This document shows positions 19,501-29,501 of a stretch of DNA of 64,000 bases, piece by piece. Each line of letters starts with the position of its first letter. The first letter of the stretch is position 1. The stretch is from a virus. Made by a program: the position numbers and the translations under genes. Under the pieces are notes generated by a model, which did no database searches, was not told where the DNA came from, and saw only the letters and a list, made by a program, of their open reading frames with translations. The DNA is taken from the UHGV virus genome UHGV-1376660; one strand, written 5' to 3'.

Positions 19501-20897
19501 CGGCTAGTGCAGCCGAACGCAACCACTTCGGTTTTGCGCTCGCCATAACGACGCATCGCCTCCTGGTCTTCTACGTACTCGATGTTTTGTTTGTAGCCGT
19601 CTTCCTTGTTGTTGTAGGTCACAAGAGCCACTGACGGACGGTCTTTGCGCGCAGATCCCTTATAGCTGAACATGCCGTCTTTGACGTTCGCGTTGGTGAA
19701 CATCATGACCGGATCTGACGGGCTATCCTGCATGACGTTAACCATGCCGCCAGCCCAGAAGACCATACCGCGGAAGGCGCCAGCGATATCCTGAATCAGT
19801 CGGTACGCGTCCTGACGGCTGGTGATCTGGGTGTTGATAGCAAAGCGCTTCTCTTTGCCCCCGAATCCATTGTCAACTTCTTCGTCGCAGTAGCGCCCAA
19901 TCTGGTAGATCTGCCCGAGGTCAATCATGGACTCAGAAACGAACTGCCCAAGGCCATAACGAGCGTTGGTAAGCACGTCGAAAAGAATCCAGGCTGGGTT
20001 TGAAGACGAAAGCAGCTTAAAGGTGCCATCCCATACGCCGATATAGGTATTTGTATTCTCATTGTAGTTGGACGGGACGCGGATCTTCAGGCCACGAACC
20101 AGATACGAACGAGACGGCATCGAGCTGCCGAACTGCTCTGAGTTAACCTTCAGGCCAACCAACGCTGAGTTCGGGTAGTTCATCGGTGTATCGACGATCT
20201 CACCGATAGAGTCCACCCACGTATCGTTAAAAATGTACTGAGTGTTGCTGTCTTCGGTAATACGAATCACGCGAATTTTGTAGGCACGACCTGGCTTGGG
20301 CAGTTTCAGTTCATAGCTGCGGTAGTAGACGCCTGTCTTTTTTGCCGTCAGCGTAACTTCGGAAGTGCTCTCCCCTTCTGCGATGGCGTCCTTGAAGGCA
20401 TTGTCGCCATTGGCAATCTGGAATTTGTACTTCACGGTCGTACCGTTGGTATCACCGGTCTTTTTGTCGACGCTACGCAGTGACGGGAACTTCAGAATGA
20501 CGCGGACACGGTCTGCCTCATCGTTATCAATGGCAATCGTGACGTCGTGAGTTCTTTTCAACTGGATGTTGACCGACTTCGGCGTTTCAACGAAATCGAA
20601 CCCGGCCATCGGCGTCTGGTCTTGTGAACCATCACGGAAATCCCAGGTGATACCACTAAAGTTTGGTGACCCGTCTTCGTTGAGGATTGGCAGATCATCA
20701 ATGAAGATCGATTTTGCGCCATCCACCAGCCCGCCAATGACACCTTCCCCGAGCAGGTCGAGGATTGACGCCATAGCACGCGAGTTTACGGTATCGTCAG
20801 CTTCAACCGGCGTGCGGCTGGAGCCACTGCTTTTCTTACCGCCAGCACCTGCAATCAGGAGAGGCAGTCTCTTCTTCTTGAACTGTTCCATGTTCAA
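16509..20897 (-). CDS. central tail fiber / host specificity protein (lambda J-like)
   Basis: N-terminus (GGKKSSGS...ILDLLGEGVIGGLVDG...FRDGSQDQTP) resembles lambda gpJ; 1462 aa; follows I/K/L/M homologues. Confidence 0.8.
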   Translation of the reverse strand: MNMEQFKKKRLPLLIAGAGGKKSSGSSRTPVEADDTVNSRAMASILDLLGEGVIGGLVDGAKSIFIDDLPILNEDGSPNFSGITWDFRDGSQDQTPMAGFDFVETPKSVNIQLKRTHDVTIAIDNDEADRVRVILKFPSLRSVDKKTGDTNGTTVKYKFQIANGDNAFKDAIAEGESTSEVTLTAKKTGVYYRSYELKLPKPGRAYKIRVIRITEDSNTQYIFNDTWVDSIGEIVDTPMNYPNSALVGLKVNSEQFGSSMPSRSYLVRGLKIRVPSNYNENTNTYIGVWDGTFKLLSSSNPAWILFDVLTNARYGLGQFVSESMIDLGQIYQIGRYCDEEVDNGFGGKEKRFAINTQITSRQDAYRLIQDIAGAFRGMVFWAGGMVNVMQDSPSDPVMMFTNANVKDGMFSYKGSARKDRPSVALVTYNNKEDGYKQNIEYVEDQEAMRRYGERKTEVVAFGCTSRGQAHRVGLWLLYTARMESDVISFTAGLDASFLMPGETVLIQNKYRAGKRNSGRIVAFTKNSITLDAPVTLNKAGSYIRILNQEGEIVERDILETGEDISNVTFSKALNSGDMPVMNGVWTITEPDLEPMRVRVINVAQGDAQGTFDVTVVQNNASKYEAIDNGATLIPENNTVLDPTYSKPTNLQVTEGTYISSPGNLSIKLVATWEGKSAEYWISWRRSDENNVSNWQSARVTEEQFEILNIAENGQYDIQLYAVSFSGKKTDIISIVYQVKGTMTPPGSPTSLTAVGDYRNVILNWVNPDSIDLDHINVYASQTNDLETAKLIAEAASTTFTHAGLGDSETWYYWVRAANKRGMLSPPNSNLGTEATTRDVLSFLTGKITSSELGQGLLEEIDTKASQDAVDNLHKQMEESLKELAAADETLQQSQTDLKNEVSGTLDKVNDALQQVEDSNAALVELQETVSEQGKAVAGAVEAANAALDNAKAMIAEEREARVEGDKANAKQIEAMKSSVDDSAAAIEEMKKTVAEIDRASSEVTTNIDAIAKTNIDLALRQDEDQHKQMINNAKIATTQKAFADDMSAMATKVEEIRAEIGDEIKASITEETTARVEADKAISKRITALQSQLDDDIKAAIATEQETRATADESLARQITTLKAQTGEDIKAAIGAESSARTDADSALSSQINSLASQTSEDIKAAITSEASARADADGALGKRVDTIKAEVDGNSAIIQEQAKAIADTNEKVSTAWTLKMETSTSGGQKYVAGIALGIDSTGLSQFLVQADRFGLVNSVNGHITTPFVIENGVAYMNGAWIKNGTIDNAKIGQVIQSDNYAGSSAGWSINKNGNAEFNQVTVRGTVYANQGVFRGRIEAQEGYFNGTVYAEKIEGDVAKAVVLGFNSSIGIPAASYDRHLVIPYIGVHGWTYSGGYGQGGGTVWVDSSYGGRIASVSSTAMHGGGSAYLFLPRNVSTTLSYGGQLDHANAVGTLTVLLFKV

Positions 20898-20911
20898 AAA
20901 TTCCCTTCTTA

Positions 20912-21499
20912 CTAAAGCTGGTCGATGGTAATCGAAGAACTCACTACCTGTGAGCCGACCAGAATTTCCTCACCATAAATGAGCTGAACCGGGTTGCCCT
21001 GGTTAGTGGTATTTTGTGGCCCGTCGAAATAAAACGAGTTCGAGTTATCTGCCTGCCTTACGCTGTCATTGGTCGCCTGGGGCGAAATTAGCTGAGAAAT
21101 ACCGCCCATCATCAGCGATAAGCCGAGCGGGGCCAGCGCAGGGAACCAGAATGAAGTAACCATGACGAGTGCCCCTACAACTGTCTGGAACCACCCAAAA
21201 GCCTTGCCGCCGCTACCGCGAGGAACCGGCGTGATGCGGATCTTCGCGATGTTGTCGGACTGCCCCATCATTTGAAACTCGCTCTCATCAACCGACCACT
21301 TATGCCCCTGCTTATTGGTGATCTGGATGTGATACTTGTCGTAGGTCTTCATGTTGCGCTTCATCCAGGCTTTTAAGCCCGGACGGTTGGCTTCGACCAA
21401 ATCCAACGCCTGTTTGGTGTTGCGCACTTTTAAATGCCAGTGGCGGCCGAAATGCCTGGCCATCGGGCCACCAAGTTGCACATGAACTAACTCAGACAC
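20912..21499 (-). CDS. tail assembly protein (lambda gpI-like)
   Basis: Position between K-like and J-like genes; 195 aa. Confidence 0.55.
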   Translation of the reverse strand: MSELVHVQLGGPMARHFGRHWHLKVRNTKQALDLVEANRPGLKAWMKRNMKTYDKYHIQITNKQGHKWSVDESEFQMMGQSDNIAKIRITPVPRGSGGKAFGWFQTVVGALVMVTSFWFPALAPLGLSLMMGGISQLISPQATNDSVRQADNSNSFYFDGPQNTTNQGNPVQLIYGEEILVGSQVVSSSITIDQL

Positions 21500-22311
21500 G
21501 TCTCATCTCCCTTGAGTAAGTCTCTGTGACGCAGGTGGTGCGTCGTGTGTTTCTGGTACATGCCACCGTAATAAGCGCGACAGCTCAGGCGGTCGATCTG
21601 GTGGTGCAGGATCATTCCGTCCCCGATGTACACCGCGCAGTGGTCAGGCATCTTTCCGTACTGAATGAAGAAAACGTCACCACGCTGGGGTTCTGTCCCC
21701 GGAGCCAGACGAACAAGCCCTTCATTGCGGTAGTGCTGATCGAGAATGTCGCTATCGCCCGTGTACCACGATGGAATATGCAGGTGCGGGTTCGGATTCA
21801 GCTCGACGTTAAACTCACGCTTCAGGTAGTCGCGGCACAGCATCCAGCAGTCGAAGACACCAAACACATAGGGTCGCCCCAGATAAGGCATCTCAAAGCC
21901 GTCCGGGGTGATCACATTCATCTCACTGAAGTGAAATGGCGCATCGCCCTCGACGTTCTTTCGAACAGCCAGAATCATCCACGGAACTTCCGTTGCCTCG
22001 CATCCGGCCCTGTCGGCGTCTGACGCATCAGCTGATTCGTCAGTGTGGGAGTGCCAGATGGCAACCACGTCTCCCGCATCTTCCGCTGCGATAATGTCGT
22101 CAGCGTGCATAACAAACGTGTTTTCCGGGTTTTCCGACACGTTCCGGGCTTCCATGAAGCGATATTTCTCGCCAGTGGTACGCACCAGAAAGCCACACGC
22201 TTCGTTCGGGTAGCGTTTGATGGCTGTCAGATAGATTTCCTGCATAACGTCCGAACCAAGCTCAGGGAAAGCTCTATTACCCATAACGCGTTGCTCCAAT
22301 AAATCCGCCAA
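21487..22311 (-). CDS. tail assembly protein (lambda gpK-like; JAB/MPN plus NlpC/P60)
   Basis: JAMM-like HSHTDESADASDAD motif with a downstream Cys-containing peptidase-like half; lambda order position. Confidence 0.6.
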   Translation of the reverse strand: MADLLEQRVMGNRAFPELGSDVMQEIYLTAIKRYPNEACGFLVRTTGEKYRFMEARNVSENPENTFVMHADDIIAAEDAGDVVAIWHSHTDESADASDADRAGCEATEVPWMILAVRKNVEGDAPFHFSEMNVITPDGFEMPYLGRPYVFGVFDCWMLCRDYLKREFNVELNPNPHLHIPSWYTGDSDILDQHYRNEGLVRLAPGTEPQRGDVFFIQYGKMPDHCAVYIGDGMILHHQIDRLSCRAYYGGMYQKHTTHHLRHRDLLKGDETCLS

Positions 22312-23008
22312 AGTGGATTACGCCATTGGCAAAGTAGTTACGGCGTGCGTTGCATGAGTCGTAGCGTTTCGTGCAGTAATCCGCGCCTGACATGGTGGTT
22401 TGCTGGTTGTTTTTGTCGAAATAGGGGCCGGTGTAGCCGCACTCTGGGCCGCGGTATTTCCACGGGCAGGTGTTTTTGATGATCTGGCGGTACGGCAACT
22501 GCACGCCCATCAGATCGAACACACTCGACAGCTCAAACTCGACAACCTCATGGGTTTCAAGAGTCTTCTGCTCGACGAACCACATCTCATCCGGAAAATG
22601 CTGATTTGGATCTGCGGTTGGATTCCCGTCTTTGAAGTTGGCCGCATCGAGAAAACGCGCCAGCGTCATCTTGCGGATGATGCGACAACCAACCAGATCG
22701 TCGTTTGCCTGGACTTCAGCGGAGACAGTACCGGCAAAGTTGGAGACCTGGATTTTTGGACGCGGCAAAGTGCCCTGACCAGTCTTATCAAAGCCTGACG
22801 CTTTGATTGGCCACGGTTCGTAGGACACACCTTGCCAAACGACTGGCTCCATCAGTTCGTTTGTACCGGCGTGGAAAAACAGCTTGCCCCCAGAGGTGGT
22901 GTTCGACATATCAAGTTCGAACAGCTCAATGTGTGCCGAAGGCGACAAGCTCTGAATATCAGCTTTAATACCCATCGTTTCTTCCTTGAAATAAAGAGGC
23001 GCCAACAT
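22277..23008 (-). CDS. minor tail protein (lambda gpL-like, Cys cluster)
   Basis: C-terminal CPWKYRGPEC...C...C cysteine cluster typical of gpL; 243 aa. Confidence 0.6.
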   Translation of the reverse strand: MLAPLYFKEETMGIKADIQSLSPSAHIELFELDMSNTTSGGKLFFHAGTNELMEPVVWQGVSYEPWPIKASGFDKTGQGTLPRPKIQVSNFAGTVSAEVQANDDLVGCRIIRKMTLARFLDAANFKDGNPTADPNQHFPDEMWFVEQKTLETHEVVEFELSSVFDLMGVQLPYRQIIKNTCPWKYRGPECGYTGPYFDKNNQQTTMSGADYCTKRYDSCNARRNYFANGVIHFGGFIGATRYG

Positions 23009-23064
23009 CCCGTCAGCGCCTACAAATAATAATAAATAAGTGATTACTTATCTAGTGGGTTAAA

Positions 23065-23400
23065 TTATCCTTCATAAATTTGTCGGAAGGTCGCAGTGAG
23101 AACGAGATAGCCCTGGTAACGCTTCACAGTATGGCTGTCGCAGACCACAACCATCTTTTTGCCACGAGGGTTCGTCCAGTAGAACGACTCAACGGCCGCG
23201 CGTGCCGTCAGAAAGTCATCGACGGCATTAATAACGTCGTAAGAGCGCGTAAATGTCAGGCTCCACTCTTCTTTAATACGATTAAGCCCTTTGGCCTGAC
23301 GCTGTTCGTAATCGTCACCGAAATTTAGAACCGTCACATTAGGCTTCACGGTCTTTTCCGACTCGTAGTCGGGATACCAGTTAAAAGTCAGTCTTTCCAT
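23065..23400 (-). CDS. minor tail protein (lambda gpM-like)
   Basis: 111 aa, immediately downstream of the tape measure gene. Confidence 0.55.
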   Translation of the reverse strand: MERLTFNWYPDYESEKTVKPNVTVLNFGDDYEQRQAKGLNRIKEEWSLTFTRSYDVINAVDDFLTARAAVESFYWTNPRGKKMVVVCDSHTVKRYQGYLVLTATFRQIYEG

Positions 23401-23441
23401 CTCACATCCTTGTGAGACTGCCCCTTACGGGGCAGCCGTGG

Positions 23442-26400
23442 TTAGTTACGTTGAGAGTTAGGGTTGAGCGAACCGCCTGGCCGCTTCTCCTGAGCGATGG
23501 TTTCAAGCGCGATCGCCTTCATGCGCTGCGCAGCCTGACTCCATGCGCCTTCGGAATTGCTGTTCTCCGAGACACTGCCGTCGCTGTTGACGTTGATCTC
23601 AATGCTGACGGGGGAGAAAACGCCACCACCGCCTTTAACACCCTCTGTGTTGAGCGTGACAGGTATGGAACGCCCATCCGGAAGCGGAACGTAGGCTTCG
23701 TTCATGTCCCCTTCGCCAAACAACGCCAGCTGCGGAGAGTCAGCGATGCCACCTTTCTGGTACGCCCGCAGCGGAACCACGCCGTCTTTCCCGAAAATGC
23801 CGCCTTTGGCGAACTTCGGAATTGCCGGGATGCCGCCAGTACCATCAGATGCAGATCCGGTGAGATTGTTGAACCCGGAGTTAGAGCCGGAGGAACCAGA
23901 TCCGATGTTGTCGAAGCCACCACCAGCCCAGGCAGACACCAGCCCGGAGGCAATGGTAGCGCCGAAGCTCAACCACTTATTGCCAGAGCCGGACATGTTT
24001 GCGCCCAGCATGGCAAACGCGGCAGAAAGCGCCCCCGTGACAGAGCTAAGGTTCTGCATGGAGAAGATGGATGTCTTCACCGCTTTGGTTTCCGCGTCTT
24101 TGGCTTCAGTACTGGTAAACAGTCCATTTACCCAGCTGCCGATCGCATTGGTTGCAGATCCAATCGCGCTGGTCGTCTGCTGAGTTGTCTGCCCCAGACC
24201 GGAGACTGAGCTGGAGGTCTCTTTCGTCGCCTCGCCCACGCTCTTATCGCCATTGATCGCATTCATCCGGACGCCCTGGTTGGCAACCGCTGACGCGACA
24301 CCAGAAAGCAGATTACCGCTCTGAGAGCTGCCCGCTGCCGTCGTTCCCATCCCCAGCATGTTCATGAGTGGCAGGGTGATCTGCGTCTTCACAACCATGT
24401 TGGTGATATCGCGGAGAATGGATTCTGCCAGGCTGGAGAAGTCCAGTTTCCCCTTCATGACGAAGTCGGTCAGCGTATCCGTCATGTTGCTGAACAGGTT
24501 GCTCCAGCTATTTTCCAACTGATCGGCCAGATTCTCGTACTCAAGCGCCAGCTTCTGTGTCGCCGTACCCGTCTCTTTGATGAGAGCGGTGTTGCCTGCC
24601 GCCACCAGCTGGTTAATCTGCTTGGTGTAAAGCGCCACGATTTTCGGATCAGAAGCCTGGTCACGCAGATCCATCAACGCTTTCAGGTTACGGTTGTAGG
24701 TGTCGTTGAAATCGGCCACCTTCTCTTCACGAGACGGCTTGTAACCCGCGCTGATAATGGAATCGGATTCCGGCGCCCAGGTGGAGATCATCTGCTCGAC
24801 GTTGCGGCGATTGAACATCTCGCGATAGTCGTCGCTCGCGTTCGCCAGGTCAGCCAGGCGTGACTTGGCTTTGTCGATCATCTCCTGAGTGATGAACTCA
24901 TTCGGTACAGCGTTGGCCAGTTCGGTCAGCGATTTGGTGGTATCGCGGAGAGACTGATCAAACGACACGGTCGCTTTTGAGCTTTCACCCATCTGCCCCA
25001 TAAGCTGATCGGCTTTATCCAGAGCTTTCTGGTAGCCGGCCGCCAGCTTACGCTGCGCATTTTCTTCCTTCCTCGCAGCACGCTGAGAAGCGTTGGCAGT
25101 ACGCTGCCCGGCTTTTTCCGCTGCTGCGGCGTCCTGCTCGCGCGCTTTGGTCAGTGCGGCGATCGCGGCAGCACGTTCCTCGTCGCTCATTTTCTCCAGA
25201 GAGCTGGCGCTGGAGGCTTTCTGCAGGTTCAACTGAGTTTTGAGCTGTTTCGGCCCGATGATCGGCTTGCCTTCGAAGTCCATCATAGGCGTGCCGTCTG
25301 GCAGTATGCGCTGGTAGGTCGCGGAGTCCATCTGGTTCCGCATATACTGCGCCAGTGCTTTTTGAGCCGCCTTATCGGTCGTCCCTAACCCCAGAACGGT
25401 TCCCTGGTTGGACATTACGCCCTTACCGGTTTTCGCCGCGCTATCACGCTCGAACTCCGCCTGAGTCAGCTCCTGAGCAACAGCTTCAAGATGCTCCTGA
25501 TACCCGCGAATGCTGCCTTGCAGCTTATGAACCTGCTCTGTGTTCCCCTCTTTCTTCGCTTTCTCCAGCAGGTCGCTGAAATGGGCAATTTGCTTCTCGG
25601 TGGCGTTTTTACGAGAAGACAGGTCGTCGACCAGCTTCTGTGCAGGTTCCAGATAAGACTTGTTCACCTTCTCGCGAAGCGGCGCGAGCAGCTTGTTCTT
25701 CTCGTCGTCAGAAAGTGATTTGTCGTCGTTGATTTTCTGGATCTTGTCCAGAGCCTCCTGACGGGCTTTCACAAACGTTGCAGAGAAGTCACGGTTTTTA
25801 TCACGTATATCCTCAATCTGAGACTCGGCAGCTTCTTTGGCCAAGCGCTTGGCAACGGCGCTGTCCCCCATTGAGATAGTGCTGTCGACCTTGTCACGCT
25901 GCTGACGTAGAACTTTCAGTTCGGCATCCAGTTTCTGCCGATCAACGTTGACCGTTGTTCCAGCCATACCAGGGCCATAAATTGTTTTTTCACCAGATTT
26001 GAGTTCTTGCTCTTTCTGGGCAATCTGGCGATCAAGACGTTTCTTGTACTCTGCCATCTGCGCACGCTTGGCCGCCGTCATCGCCTCCGGGATTTTGCGG
26101 ATCTCGTCCACGACTTTGGACGTTTCGCTGCGGAGCATGGTCATATACGTGATAAGACCGGCTACAGCCACGGTAGCTACGGTGAACGCTGCACCAATGG
26201 GGTTTGCTGCAATGAATGCAGTTAGCCCAGCAAACGCGCCCTGAAGCCCCGTAATCGCGCCACGGATAGCGAAGATCAGCGATGGGATTGGAGCCAGCCC
26301 CATACGAGCCGCACGATTAAAGCGGGTGACAGCTGTCGCGCCCAGATTGAACGGAGCCTGGAGAACGGTCGACATCTTGGTAAATGTGTTAACCATTTGC

Positions 26401-28040
26401 CCGGCAGTGCCAATCACGCCTGCAATCCCGGCACGCATCAGCTTGAACGCCACCATTGCAGCAACGACTTTGCCCAGGCTGATAACCAGTTCCTGGTTTT
26501 TAGCCAGCCACTGCGCCAGCTCGCTTAAGCCGTCGATCGCCGTGGAGAGTCCGGAACCCAGCGAGTTAGCGAACGAAATGCCCTCTGCGCTGTTCATGAT
26601 GGAGGCCAGCTCTTTCATCCCCTTTGAGAGAGAATCCAGATAGCCCGCCTGACCGACACGATCGGCAAACAGCGTAAAGGAGGTTTGCAGTTGCGCCAGC
26701 GCACCAGTGTAGGTTTGCATCATGTCTTTGGCGGCGTTTTCGTTCTCCGCACGCAGACCAACGAACATCAGCGATAGCGCCTGTTTCGCTTCCACAGTAC
26801 CGGTGGAGACTGCTTTGGTCAGTTCCCCCATAGTGATACCGGCAGCGTCTGCCATCGCTTTCATCGCGTTAGGAACGGCTTCACCTAATTGCTGACGCAG
26901 TTCTTCCATCGACACGACGCCCTTACCTGACATCTGCTGGACAGCCACGGCAGCACGTTTAAGCAGCTCGCTATCGCCGCCGAAGCGTGCAACGGAGTCC
27001 ACCAGTGCTTTCAGCGATCCGTCAGTAGGATCGAGACCTGCCGAGCGGAATTTAACGAAGGAATCGGTCAGCGCCTGCATCGCAAACGGGGCGTTTTGCG
27101 CCATATCCACGATGTAGTGCATATCCTCTGCGGCTGCTTTGCCAGGGTTGGCCTTGTCCTTGTTCAGCCCGCGCAACATGACGCGCATACGCTCCATTTC
27201 GGAGGCAGCTTCGACGATTGGCTTCTGCCAGCCGAACAGAATGTCAGTTACCGTTCTTGTTGCATCACCAATCTCGCCCAGCAGGAAAATATTGCCGCGC
27301 AGACCAGAGAACACGCCATTTTCAGCACCGCGCCCGCCGTGGCCATTTGTGCCGCCACGTCGACCACCGCCACCATTACCACCGCTCTCACCGTAGCCGC
27401 TGGTGCGCACACGTACTGGCTTGCTGATCAGTTGCTGGCGGCCAATCACCGCATCCATCTGATCGCGGACTTTCTTCAGCCCCTCGGCAGCCTGGCTCGT
27501 TGTGACGCCCCAATTGCTGAGACGCTTTGTCGTAGTGTTAAGGCGCGTATTCATACCGCTAACGGAGGCAGAGGCTTCTTTTACCTCCGTACCGAAGCGG
27601 CTTGCGCTCTTGCCAGCGAACGTTGCCCAATCGGAAAACTCGTTGAGTTCAGACTGAACCTTGCGCAGCGATGTGGTGAGTTTAATAACGGATGAGGTGG
27701 TTGTGTCGACGCGCTCAATCAGGGTTTTGAGACCTGAGTTGAGGCTGGTAATGTTGCCTCGCGTCTTGCGCGAAACATCAGACACAAGCTCGAAGCCGGC
27801 AGCTACATCCTGTAGTTTGTCTGCCGTGGCATCGAGTTTGGACTCCAGAACGCCGATGATGCGGGAGACCGAACCCAACGAGCGTTCCAGATTGTTAATT
27901 TTCTGAGCTGGCTTTGTGGCCTGCTCCCCGAATCTGGTAAGTAGCTTACCCGCCCGGTCTATTGACGCTGTAAACTGCTTGTCTTCCAGCGACAGGATAA
28001 ACTCTACGTTTTGTGACATTCCCTTGTCATCCTCTGCCAA
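23442..28040 (-). CDS. tail tape measure protein
   Basis: 1532 aa, long helical Ala/Lys/Glu-rich regions, Gly-rich C-terminal region; between the chaperones and gpM-like gene. Confidence 0.85.
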   Translation of the reverse strand: MAEDDKGMSQNVEFILSLEDKQFTASIDRAGKLLTRFGEQATKPAQKINNLERSLGSVSRIIGVLESKLDATADKLQDVAAGFELVSDVSRKTRGNITSLNSGLKTLIERVDTTTSSVIKLTTSLRKVQSELNEFSDWATFAGKSASRFGTEVKEASASVSGMNTRLNTTTKRLSNWGVTTSQAAEGLKKVRDQMDAVIGRQQLISKPVRVRTSGYGESGGNGGGGRRGGTNGHGGRGAENGVFSGLRGNIFLLGEIGDATRTVTDILFGWQKPIVEAASEMERMRVMLRGLNKDKANPGKAAAEDMHYIVDMAQNAPFAMQALTDSFVKFRSAGLDPTDGSLKALVDSVARFGGDSELLKRAAVAVQQMSGKGVVSMEELRQQLGEAVPNAMKAMADAAGITMGELTKAVSTGTVEAKQALSLMFVGLRAENENAAKDMMQTYTGALAQLQTSFTLFADRVGQAGYLDSLSKGMKELASIMNSAEGISFANSLGSGLSTAIDGLSELAQWLAKNQELVISLGKVVAAMVAFKLMRAGIAGVIGTAGQMVNTFTKMSTVLQAPFNLGATAVTRFNRAARMGLAPIPSLIFAIRGAITGLQGAFAGLTAFIAANPIGAAFTVATVAVAGLITYMTMLRSETSKVVDEIRKIPEAMTAAKRAQMAEYKKRLDRQIAQKEQELKSGEKTIYGPGMAGTTVNVDRQKLDAELKVLRQQRDKVDSTISMGDSAVAKRLAKEAAESQIEDIRDKNRDFSATFVKARQEALDKIQKINDDKSLSDDEKNKLLAPLREKVNKSYLEPAQKLVDDLSSRKNATEKQIAHFSDLLEKAKKEGNTEQVHKLQGSIRGYQEHLEAVAQELTQAEFERDSAAKTGKGVMSNQGTVLGLGTTDKAAQKALAQYMRNQMDSATYQRILPDGTPMMDFEGKPIIGPKQLKTQLNLQKASSASSLEKMSDEERAAAIAALTKAREQDAAAAEKAGQRTANASQRAARKEENAQRKLAAGYQKALDKADQLMGQMGESSKATVSFDQSLRDTTKSLTELANAVPNEFITQEMIDKAKSRLADLANASDDYREMFNRRNVEQMISTWAPESDSIISAGYKPSREEKVADFNDTYNRNLKALMDLRDQASDPKIVALYTKQINQLVAAGNTALIKETGTATQKLALEYENLADQLENSWSNLFSNMTDTLTDFVMKGKLDFSSLAESILRDITNMVVKTQITLPLMNMLGMGTTAAGSSQSGNLLSGVASAVANQGVRMNAINGDKSVGEATKETSSSVSGLGQTTQQTTSAIGSATNAIGSWVNGLFTSTEAKDAETKAVKTSIFSMQNLSSVTGALSAAFAMLGANMSGSGNKWLSFGATIASGLVSAWAGGGFDNIGSGSSGSNSGFNNLTGSASDGTGGIPAIPKFAKGGIFGKDGVVPLRAYQKGGIADSPQLALFGEGDMNEAYVPLPDGRSIPVTLNTEGVKGGGGVFSPVSIEINVNSDGSVSENSNSEGAWSQAAQRMKAIALETIAQEKRPGGSLNPNSQRN

Positions 28041-28296
28041 AAATTTGCATCAGTTGCTCTTTGGCGTCAGGGTCTGCCTTATCCTTGCGCGGATCGTAGA
28101 CTTTATCGGTTACGACTGGTCTTCCAATCCTGAGTTGCAAACCCTCCATGAACGCCTTCACGCCCTCGCCATCTGCCTGGGCAGCGCGAGCGACTTGCAG
28201 GTTGCGGACATCCTCTTCCGCGCGCAGACGGTCGATGTTGCGACTGAGCATCCAGAACATCGTTAGAGGGACGCCCAGCAGCTCTAATGGCGACAC
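28027..28296 (-). CDS. tail assembly chaperone T-like extension (reachable by -1 frameshift from the G-like ORF)
   Basis: This frame stays open upstream to overlap the last four codons of the G-like ORF; GTG start in the track; overlaps the tape measure start. Confidence 0.45.
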   Translation of the reverse strand: MSPLELLGVPLTMFWMLSRNIDRLRAEEDVRNLQVARAAQADGEGVKAFMEGLQLRIGRPVVTDKVYDPRKDKADPDAKEQLMQIFGRG

Positions 28297-28376
28297 GGCG
28301 TAGTGAGCAACTACACGACTGAAATAGAATCCGAGATCTATCGATACGGTCTTTACCCCGGATTCATCGCGGGAAA

Positions 28377-28694
28377 TTACTTTGCCCCTTCACCAGCCGC
28401 TTTTTCGTTCTCTTCATCAATCACTTCCATAGCGAAGGTGAAGATCTGCTGGAGCTGCGGAACAGTCAGTTTTTCCAGTACAACGTCCGGCACTGATGGG
28501 ATGACCTTGCGCACAAGATCGGCATAGGCAGTAACCTGCTCTACCGGGGACATGTTCTGAAGGTCTTTCCCTTCCATTTGTTTGATGGAGACGAACAGGC
28601 CAACAGTCATTTCAACGATGGGGTATTCCTGACCGCCGAATTTGATGCTTTTCTTTGGAGGCAGAATGGAGTCGAGATCGAGTAATTTGGTCAT
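28377..28694 (-). CDS. tail assembly chaperone (lambda gpG-like)
   Basis: 105 aa acidic protein immediately upstream of the tape measure gene. Confidence 0.55.
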   Translation of the reverse strand: MTKLLDLDSILPPKKSIKFGGQEYPIVEMTVGLFVSIKQMEGKDLQNMSPVEQVTAYADLVRKVIPSVPDVVLEKLTVPQLQQIFTFAMEVIDEENEKAAGEGAK

Positions 28695-28754
28695 TGGTTA
28701 AAACCCTTTTTGAAGAGAGGCTCTTCCTGAGCCTCTGCTTAATTAACACCACGG

Positions 28755-29501
28755 TTAACTGGCAGCAGTCACCGTTACAGATTTGGTGGCCTTCTTGCCG
28801 CCGCTATTAGCAGTAAACGAAATGTTGACTGCGCCTTCTGCAACACCGCGAACCAGTCCTGTCTGGTCTACGGTTGCTTTTTGTGGATCTTCTGATGCCC
28901 AGACACCGGTTTTGTCTGCAACATCATCTGGTTGAACTTGCGCCGAAAGTTGAACCGTAGCTCCTACTTTGCAGGTCGGTGAACCTGGATAGATGGTTAC
29001 GGTTTTAACCTGCTTTGGGCCGCTCATTTTTCCCAGCACGCCGTCGTCATCCGGGTAAGCGGTGAACTGAACGGAAAACACGCGAACATCATCAGACTGG
29101 TAGGTCATGGTGAAGTTACCTGCTGTCGCAGCTTTCGGGATGGTCAGAACGTAGTCGGTGGTATCCTGAGGGGTCAGAACCAGCTCTTTGGCTACGTCGA
29201 TCAGATTGACGCCCTGTGCGGAAGTGATGGTCACTGCGTTATCTTCTTCGCTCAGGGTAGAACCAGGCATCAGATCGACCATATTCTGCAACACGGACTC
29301 GGCCAGCGGCGCAGTGATAGTGATGTTACGACCCTGCACCAGCTCGGAGATGGTGGTCTGCCCCAGCTGGTCTACGGTGACTTTCAGAGTTTCGGTCGCA
29401 ACTTCAACCTGAACACCGCCTTTGGTGTAACCCAGATCAACGCCACCAAACGACACTTTGCAGGCGCCAAGTTTGATGTTTTTTACATGGGTATTGGACA
29501 T
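28755..29501 (-). CDS. major tail protein with C-terminal Ig-like (Big_2) domain (lambda gpV-like)
   Basis: 248 aa; C-terminal ~80 aa Ig-like repeat (VTIYPGSPTCKVGATVQLSAQVQPDD...); lambda order position. Confidence 0.7.
   Translation of the reverse strand: MSNTHVKNIKLGACKVSFGGVDLGYTKGGVQVEVATETLKVTVDQLGQTTISELVQGRNITITAPLAESVLQNMVDLMPGSTLSEEDNAVTITSAQGVNLIDVAKELVLTPQDTTDYVLTIPKAATAGNFTMTYQSDDVRVFSVQFTAYPDDDGVLGKMSGPKQVKTVTIYPGSPTCKVGATVQLSAQVQPDDVADKTGVWASEDPQKATVDQTGLVRGVAEGAVNISFTANSGGKKATKSVTVTAAS

Noticed and set aside
23412-24209. 265-aa plus-strand ORF and other long antisense ORFs inside the tape measure, stf-like and J-like genes (e.g. 15358..15573, 27096..27695)
   Set aside because: Antisense to long, well-supported structural genes; Ala/Arg-rich low-complexity translations typical of GC-biased antisense frames.
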